Source: Minisyncoccota bacterium (lineage in GTDB: Bacteria > Patescibacteriota > Minisyncoccia > Phycocordibacterales > UBA5272). Taken from it: DNA of 61,551 nt. Numbering within the stretch: the first letter of the stretch is position 1; each line of letters starts with the position of its first letter. The stretch covers positions 1 through 61,551 of the forward strand of contig JAYWBQ010000043.1 in assembly GCA_043781255.1 (NCBI GenBank). The letters are read 5' to 3'. The notes under the pieces were generated by a model, which had not been told where the DNA came from, did no database searches, and saw only the letters and a program-made list of their open reading frames with translations. Made by a program: the position numbers and the translations under genes. This document shows positions 55,898-61,551 of this stretch, piece after piece.

Positions 55898-57640
55898 ATG
55901 CCAACTGCAATCTTACAAAAGAATATCGACGTAGCTGTAGTTGCTAAAAAGAAAAAGACTACAAAATCCTCTACCTCAAAACAGATGCTTGCACTTTTTA
56001 ATGGGGCTTTACAGGAAGAGTCTGGTGCTAGTCAAGATAGTTTATCAGAAAAGAAAAAAGTAAAAGTAGTCAAGAAGACTGCCGCTCGAGCAACAAAAAA
56101 AGTATCTGTTGGTGAAAAGAAAGAAGAAGCAGGTGGGGTTGGTGTACAAGATACTGAACATAGTAAACAGAGAGAATCTTCACGTAACAAGATTGAAGTT
56201 GCTCTATCTACAAAAGAAGTTAAAAATGCTACGGTGGAGAATATTCAAAAATCAAGTATCGCTCTTGAGGGAACAGAAAAATCAAAAGAAAAGTCTTCAC
56301 TACTTGGTTCCTTTTTTGGTAAGAAAAAAAGTACAGAAGTAGTGTCTGATGAAATGGGTATAGGCAAAAAAATTGCAGCCCCTGTTCTTGTTACGAGAGA
56401 AGAAAAGTCTCAAGAAAAAAGTTCTTTCCTCGGATCTCTTTTTGGTAAGAAAAAAGAAAAAGAAGAATTACAAGAAAGCGCGTCTCCAAAAAATCTTCGA
56501 AATGAAAAAGTGTCCATTTCAGAGCCTGTAAAAGCAACCCCAATTCTGCAGAGGAAAATTGCTAATGAAAAAAAACTTTCCACGTTCGGTCTTTCTAAAG
56601 AACGCGATCAGTTTATTGAAAATCTCAGCATGCTCGTTCTTTCGGGGATGTCTATCATAGGAGCTATTAGTTCCATCATTAAACAAACCAAGTCACCAGG
56701 GATGAAGCTCATTCTTGAAAGAATGTTACTTGAAATTGAATCTGGGTCACCTGTGTGGAAGGCTCTTGATAAAACTAAATTTTTTAAAGGCTACACAATA
56801 TCACTCATTCGTCTTGGAGAAGAATCAGGAAATTTCGCAGAAAATTTAAAAGTAGTTGCTCTTGAAGAAGAAAAGGATCGTGAATTTAAATCAAAGGTTA
56901 AATCAGCACTTATGTATCCAATCTTTGTGCTTGGACTTACGGGTATCGTAGGTATTGGTATTTCTTGGTTTATTCTTCCCAAACTTGCAAAGATTTTTTA
57001 TGACCTTAAGCTTGCCCTCCCACTTATTACAAAAGTGTTGCTTGCATTTGGACTTTTCTTAAACAAACATGGACTAGTGGCTGTACCACTCGGAGTAGCT
57101 GTCATTGGAGGAATAAGTTATATTATTTTTGTATATAAGAAAACAAAATTTCTTGGAGAAGCAGTTGTTTTCTCTATACCAGGAATTAAGATGCTCCTTA
57201 TGGAAGTCGAAGTTGCACGCTTTGGGTATCTTTTAGGGACACTTCTTGAGGCGGGTCTTCCAGTAACAAGGGCAATTGATTCGCTCGCAAGTGCGTCAGA
57301 GGTTATACGATACAAGAAATTTTATCTTGCACTTCGAGAATCAATTGATGCAGGCAATTCTTTTGAAAAAAGCTTTGCAGCCTATAAAAATATTAATGCT
57401 CTTATTCCACCACCAGTTCAACAACTAATTATTTCAGGTGAACAATCAGGGAATTTAAATAAAACACTCATTAAAGTTGGGCAAGTACTTGAAGCAAAAT
57501 CTGACACGACAACAAAAAATCTTACTATTATTATGGAACCGATCTTACTCGTTATTGTATGGGTAGGAGTTGTAGCGGTTGCGTTTGCTGTTATTTTACC
57601 AATCTATAGTCTTGTGGGGGGATTGAATAACATTAAATAA
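55898..57640 (+). CDS. pilC: Type IV pilus platform protein (GspF/PilC family) with a ~230-aa lysine-rich N-terminal extension
   Basis: Two T2SSF domains (FIENLSMLVLSGMSI..., LLGTLLEAGLPVTRAI...) and three TM helices. Low-complexity N-terminus. Confidence 0.88.
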   Translation: MPTAILQKNIDVAVVAKKKKTTKSSTSKQMLALFNGALQEESGASQDSLSEKKKVKVVKKTAARATKKVSVGEKKEEAGGVGVQDTEHSKQRESSRNKIEVALSTKEVKNATVENIQKSSIALEGTEKSKEKSSLLGSFFGKKKSTEVVSDEMGIGKKIAAPVLVTREEKSQEKSSFLGSLFGKKKEKEELQESASPKNLRNEKVSISEPVKATPILQRKIANEKKLSTFGLSKERDQFIENLSMLVLSGMSIIGAISSIIKQTKSPGMKLILERMLLEIESGSPVWKALDKTKFFKGYTISLIRLGEESGNFAENLKVVALEEEKDREFKSKVKSALMYPIFVLGLTGIVGIGISWFILPKLAKIFYDLKLALPLITKVLLAFGLFLNKHGLVAVPLGVAVIGGISYIIFVYKKTKFLGEAVVFSIPGIKMLLMEVEVARFGYLLGTLLEAGLPVTRAIDSLASASEVIRYKKFYLALRESIDAGNSFEKSFAAYKNINALIPPPVQQLIISGEQSGNLNKTLIKVGQVLEAKSDTTTKNLTIIMEPILLVIVWVGVVAVAFAVILPIYSLVGGLNNIK

Positions 57641-57649
57641 AATTTCATA

Positions 57650-58111
57650 ATGATTTTTTTTCGACAAAAAAGAAAGATGAAAGTGAGAGGTTTTACATTA
57701 CCAGAAATGCTTCTTTCAGTTGCATTACTTACAATTATTGGTGGCATGATCATTCCTTCATATCACACATTCTTAGTAAGAAATGATTTAGATATTGCAA
57801 CAATTACTCTCGCACAGAACTTACGACAAGCACAATCACTCTCACGGTCCGCTGATGGGGATATGACATGGGGGGTATATGTGGGGGTAGGGAGTATACT
57901 CGTCTATAAAGGAGTAAGTTATATTGCCAGAGATTCAACCTTTGATCAAAATACACAAATACCAAAATCAATAGTCCCCACAGGACTAAACGAAATTAAC
58001 TTCTCTAAAGTAATGGGTCTTCCTAATGCAACAGGGACTTTTACACTGACTTCACAAGCAAATGAAAAACGTACTATTACAATCAACGAAAAAGGAATGG
58101 TTGACTACTAG
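57650..58111 (+). CDS. Type IV pilin-like protein (prepilin-type N-terminal cleavage/methylation motif)
   Basis: KVRGFTLPEMLLSVALLTIIGG (G/FTLxE plus a hydrophobic helix). The start may be ATG 57677. Confidence 0.8.
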   Translation: MIFFRQKRKMKVRGFTLPEMLLSVALLTIIGGMIIPSYHTFLVRNDLDIATITLAQNLRQAQSLSRSADGDMTWGVYVGVGSILVYKGVSYIARDSTFDQNTQIPKSIVPTGLNEINFSKVMGLPNATGTFTLTSQANEKRTITINEKGMVDY

Positions 58112-60371
58112 GGGTGGCTTCTTATTAGTTGAGATACTTCTTGCAAGTTCTATTTTTATGTTGTTTATGACTGCTTTTTCAGGTGCATTTTACTATGGGT
58201 TACAATCATCCACTCTTGCAGGTGACCGTGCAAGAGCAATCATGTATGCAGAAGAAGGACAAGAGGCAATGAGGAGTATCAAGAATATTAATTTTGCAAA
58301 TCTTACCGTCGGGACGTATGGTCTTGTATATTCGAGTAGTACATGGATTCTTTCGGGAAGTTCTGATACTTCGGGGATATTCACTCGACAAGTGACCATT
58401 TCAACGATAGATGCAAGTAGGAAAAATATAGCAGTGACCGTATCATGGCAACAGACACCATCTCGTGTTGGAAGTGTAACAACAAGTACTCGCCTTACGA
58501 ATTGGAAAACAATTATTAATCTTGGGGTTGGTATTACGGTTAATAAAGTTGTCATTAACCATGGACTAAACAACACTTCGGCTAGTTTTGCTCCATATAA
58601 AGTCGGAGCTACAACGGTGTCACTTGCGAGTTCAACTATCTTTGCATCTGGAACATATACTGTTTCTGAGACTACGAGTTCAAACTATAATCAAACTTTT
58701 ACCGGAGATTGTAATAATATTGGACAGATTACTGTAAGTTCAGGAACTGCAAAACTTTGCACAATTACGAATGAAGAAAAACTTGCCTATGTTACAGTAA
58801 ACAAGACAGTGATCAATCATGGTAAAAACTTTACTACATCGCACTTTACTCCATATAAAGTTGGGTCAACAACCGTGACACTTGGCGCCCAGACTCCTAT
58901 TGACTCTGGGTCATACACAATCACTGAAGCAACTGACACTGCGTATTTACTTTCCTATAGTGGGGACTGTTTTACTAATGGAACACTTGTATTAAACCCA
59001 GGGGATAATAAAGTCTGTCTTCTTACGAATGAAGAAATTGTTAATGGTAGTAGTAGTCAGTCTCTTGCAGGTATTATGATTTATGGTGATGGGTCAACTA
59101 TTCCAAAATATAGAACGTATAATCAAAACACTAATGTTTTTAGTGCTGAAACTGGAACATTTACTGCAACAGTTGGTCCAACATGGATACTTCGCACATC
59201 ACCAACGCAACATATAGCTCTCGCTGGATACTATGACTCATCGGGTACGCTTACGATTATGTGTTTTAATGGAACATCTTGGACACAAGAATATCAAGCA
59301 GCTTCGGGTGGGGTAGGGAATCGTCATCGTTTTGATATTGCTTTTGAAAAGACATCAGGAGATGCGATGGTTGTTTTTAGTAAAGGAGCACATGTTTTTG
59401 GTCAACTTGGGTATCGTACAAAAACAGGAGGAACCACTTGTGGTACTGGTTGGTCAAGCGAATCTATACTTACACCACTACGAACATCTAACGATATTAT
59501 GTATGTAAAGCTCGCACAAGATAGACGGATCGGCTCTAATATTCTTGCGGTCACCTGGGTTGATACGAGCGATGATCTTTCTGTAAAAATGTGGGATGGA
59601 GGGGCATGGGTTAATGAGCCGAGTGCGGTGAGTGATAATAATCTTGAAATTGTATCGACATCTCATGATATTGAAAATATGGATATAGAGTTTGAGTCTC
59701 TTTCAGGAGATCTCATGCTTGTGTGGGCAAATGCAAATGGTAGTAATGGAATAAATGGTGTACGGTATCGTACATGTACCGGAGGAATCGCCACCTGTAC
59801 CTGGGGGGCGGTGACGACACCTCCAACATTTGCTGATGATGCGACTAGTCTTGATATTGCAGCAAATCAAAATACTGATGAAATGGCATTTGCTTCAATT
59901 GGCAAATCTGGAGGAGATTTACAGCTTGGGTACTGGAATGGGACAGCCTGGATTAATACTTCAAATGTAGATACATCGTGTACTGCTCCATATACTGGTT
60001 CAAAACTTGTATCAGTTGGCTGGTTAACATTAGCCAGTACAACCCGTTCAATTGTAGTGTATTCTGATCTTGGTTCAACTGCAATTAATTGGTACACAGG
60101 CGTTGGAGGAGTCTTTACGCGACAGCCTGATTTTATCGCTGCACCTACTATCGCTAGTCCACGAGGATATATGGATATTCATATGAACCCACGTGACCAG
60201 GCACAACTTATGTATCTTACGTCAGATACTAATAGCGATCTTTTTGCAAAACGACTTATCATGACAGGAACTTCCACACTTACTTGGAGTAATTCAGATG
60301 GTGCCGCACTTGAAACAACGCTTCCACAAACTATTTCTTCACCTTTTTCATTTGCATTTTGGCAACAGTAA
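58062..60371 (+). CDS. Very large pilin-like / pilus-associated protein (769 aa) with two tandem ~85-aa beta-sandwich-like repeats
   Basis: N-terminus RGGFLLVEILLASSIFMLF. Repeats 58530-58781 and 58791-59036 (VNKxVINHG...YKVG.TTV.L...G.YT..E......Y....SGDC...G......G....C..TNEE). The start may be TTG 58101. Confidence 0.7.
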   Translation: MKNVLLQSTKKEWLTTRGGFLLVEILLASSIFMLFMTAFSGAFYYGLQSSTLAGDRARAIMYAEEGQEAMRSIKNINFANLTVGTYGLVYSSSTWILSGSSDTSGIFTRQVTISTIDASRKNIAVTVSWQQTPSRVGSVTTSTRLTNWKTIINLGVGITVNKVVINHGLNNTSASFAPYKVGATTVSLASSTIFASGTYTVSETTSSNYNQTFTGDCNNIGQITVSSGTAKLCTITNEEKLAYVTVNKTVINHGKNFTTSHFTPYKVGSTTVTLGAQTPIDSGSYTITEATDTAYLLSYSGDCFTNGTLVLNPGDNKVCLLTNEEIVNGSSSQSLAGIMIYGDGSTIPKYRTYNQNTNVFSAETGTFTATVGPTWILRTSPTQHIALAGYYDSSGTLTIMCFNGTSWTQEYQAASGGVGNRHRFDIAFEKTSGDAMVVFSKGAHVFGQLGYRTKTGGTTCGTGWSSESILTPLRTSNDIMYVKLAQDRRIGSNILAVTWVDTSDDLSVKMWDGGAWVNEPSAVSDNNLEIVSTSHDIENMDIEFESLSGDLMLVWANANGSNGINGVRYRTCTGGIATCTWGAVTTPPTFADDATSLDIAANQNTDEMAFASIGKSGGDLQLGYWNGTAWINTSNVDTSCTAPYTGSKLVSVGWLTLASTTRSIVVYSDLGSTAINWYTGVGGVFTRQPDFIAAPTIASPRGYMDIHMNPRDQAQLMYLTSDTNSDLFAKRLIMTGTSTLTWSNSDGAALETTLPQTISSPFSFAFWQQ

Positions 60372-60378
60372 CTATTTT

Positions 60379-60891
60379 ATGAATAAATTATTATCACAAA
60401 AAGGATTTACACTTGTGGAATTGGTGCTATATGTTTCGATTTGCTCTATCTTACTGCTTACCATTTCTTCGTTTCTTACATTTTTGTTAGGCGCTCGAGT
60501 ACGTAGTCAGGCAATCACAGAAGTTAATCAGCAAGGGTTTCAGGTAATGAGTCTTATTACTCAAACTATTAGAAATGGAAGAAGTATTCAGGTGCCAAAT
60601 ATAGGAACTTCTTCATCAACACTCTCAATAACTACTGGAAATGCACTTCTTAATCCTACGATTTTCAATCTAAGTAGCACAACGATGCAAATAAAAGAGG
60701 GTTCCAAAATAGCTTTTCCTTTAACTAATTCTCGTGTACAGATATCATCATTAACATTCGAAAATATCTCTTCGGGAAGTTCGACAGAAAAAATTATTCG
60801 TGTTTCTTATACAATTGACTATATCAATCAAGGTGGAAGGAGTGAATATTCTTTTACAAAGTCATTTAATGGAAGTGCTACACTACGATAA
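60379..60891 (+). CDS. Type IV pilin-like protein (170 aa from MNKLLSQKGFTLVEL)
   Basis: QKGFTLVELVLYVSICSILLL prepilin motif. Confidence 0.8.
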   Translation: MNKLLSQKGFTLVELVLYVSICSILLLTISSFLTFLLGARVRSQAITEVNQQGFQVMSLITQTIRNGRSIQVPNIGTSSSTLSITTGNALLNPTIFNLSSTTMQIKEGSKIAFPLTNSRVQISSLTFENISSGSSTEKIIRVSYTIDYINQGGRSEYSFTKSFNGSATLR

Positions 60892-60894
60892 TAT

Positions 60895-61311
60895 ATGCTA
60901 CCATCATCGTATCAGCAAGAATTTAGAAAAGGATATATTGCGCTCGTCTCAGTTATTTTGATGGCTGCTCTTGGGCTTAGTATCATGCTTTCACTCATTG
61001 CTTCTGGAGTTAATGCTTCAAAAACTGATTTTTCACTCCAACAATCAGGTGCTGCAAGAGGTCTCGCTTCATCATGCGCCGAAGAGGCTCTCGAGAAGAT
61101 ACTTGAAACAAGTACTACGACTAGCTCCGGAAATCTCATTATTGGTTCTGGTACTTGTTCGTATCTCATAACAGCAACGAGTAGTGGTCAAATTATCACC
61201 ATAAGTTCCATTGGAGTTTTAGGAACCGTGATAAGTAAGATAAAAGTGGTGTTGGCTACAACCACTCCAGGAATTACGTTATCCTCATGGGAGGAGGTTG
61301 CAGACTTTTAA
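60895..61311 (+). CDS. Pilus-associated minor-pilin/PilX-like protein (138 aa)
   Basis: N-terminal KGYIALVSVILMAALGLSIML hydrophobic segment. Sits inside the pilin operon. Confidence 0.5.
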   Translation: MLPSSYQQEFRKGYIALVSVILMAALGLSIMLSLIASGVNASKTDFSLQQSGAARGLASSCAEEALEKILETSTTTSSGNLIIGSGTCSYLITATSSGQIITISSIGVLGTVISKIKVVLATTTPGITLSSWEEVADF

Positions 61312-61453
61312 AGCGGAAATTGTCTGCTATACTAAAATGGAAGGTTATTTAGGCTATATCTTGCTACCTAAAAAGTAGTAGAAATGCCCCCATGTTTTAT
61401 TATTTAAAAATTAATTAGTTTAAAATACATTCACAATTGTATTATTCATACTT

Positions 61454-61551
61454 ATGAAAAAATTATTACAAAACCAAAAAGGATTTACACTTATTGAAAT
61501 CCTCTTAGTGGTTGCTGCTATTGCAATTCTCGCAGGTATCGTTATCGTTGC
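61454..61551 (+). CDS. Type IV pilin (probable major pilin), 5' fragment truncated by the window end
   Basis: MKKLLQNQKGFTLIEILLVVAAIAILAGIVIV, a canonical prepilin leader and N-terminal helix. Confidence 0.85.
   Translation, partial: MKKLLQNQKGFTLIEILLVVAAIAILAGIVIV

Overview
AT-rich (roughly 35% GC by eye) bacterial chromosome segment. By inference it looks like a Patescibacteria/CPR (Parcubacteria-like) genome. In order, the window contains: (1) A stand-alone 16S rRNA gene (283-1931) with two expansion segments, its own closing processing stem and no 23S. Two small protein genes, a structured GC-rich element and tRNA-Ile(GAU) follow it. (2) Housekeeping genes: murB, rsmI, a COG1306-type glycoside-hydrolase-like protein, a soluble TraD/VirD4-like ATPase and a secreted LTD/PKD protein. 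(3) A ~23 kb cell-surface glycan locus (12.4-35.6 kb). It includes a tightly packed operon of frameshifted AcpS, FkbH-like HAD-IIIC, ACP, MaoC dehydratase, SDR, MBOAT and a DltD-like SGNH protein. It also includes a PseB/DegT/NeuD-type amino-sugar module, several glycosyltransferases, two FkbM methyltransferases, a Wzx flippase and a Wzy/O-antigen-ligase-like TPR protein. A GC-rich foreign island (25.65-27.5 kb) splits the locus and carries a gene interrupted by one in-frame TGA. (4) A histidine phosphatase gene, a candidate small RNA, tsaD and rlmH. (5) Divergent tRNA-Val(GAC) and tRNA-Glu(UUC) surrounded by repeats. A large-serine-recombinase gene abuts tRNA-Glu and its ORF reads antisense into the tRNA. 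It is followed by ~12 kb of plasmid/phage-like and orphan genes (putative integrated element, 40.56 to ~53 kb), including a second GC-rich cassette. (6) A CheY-like receiver plus a type IV pilus locus (pilB, pilC, five pilin-like genes) that runs off the window end. The signals I consider most notable are these: the 16S 3' tail lacks the CCUCC anti-SD core while -10 boxes sit 6-9 nt from many start codons; a paralogous structured ~200-nt element with compensatory changes lies upstream of two tRNAs; a Dlt-like carrier-protein/MBOAT acylation operon is fed by FkbH instead of an adenylating enzyme; and an integrated element sits at tRNA-Glu. No CRISPR array, reverse transcriptase or 23S/5S rRNA was seen.
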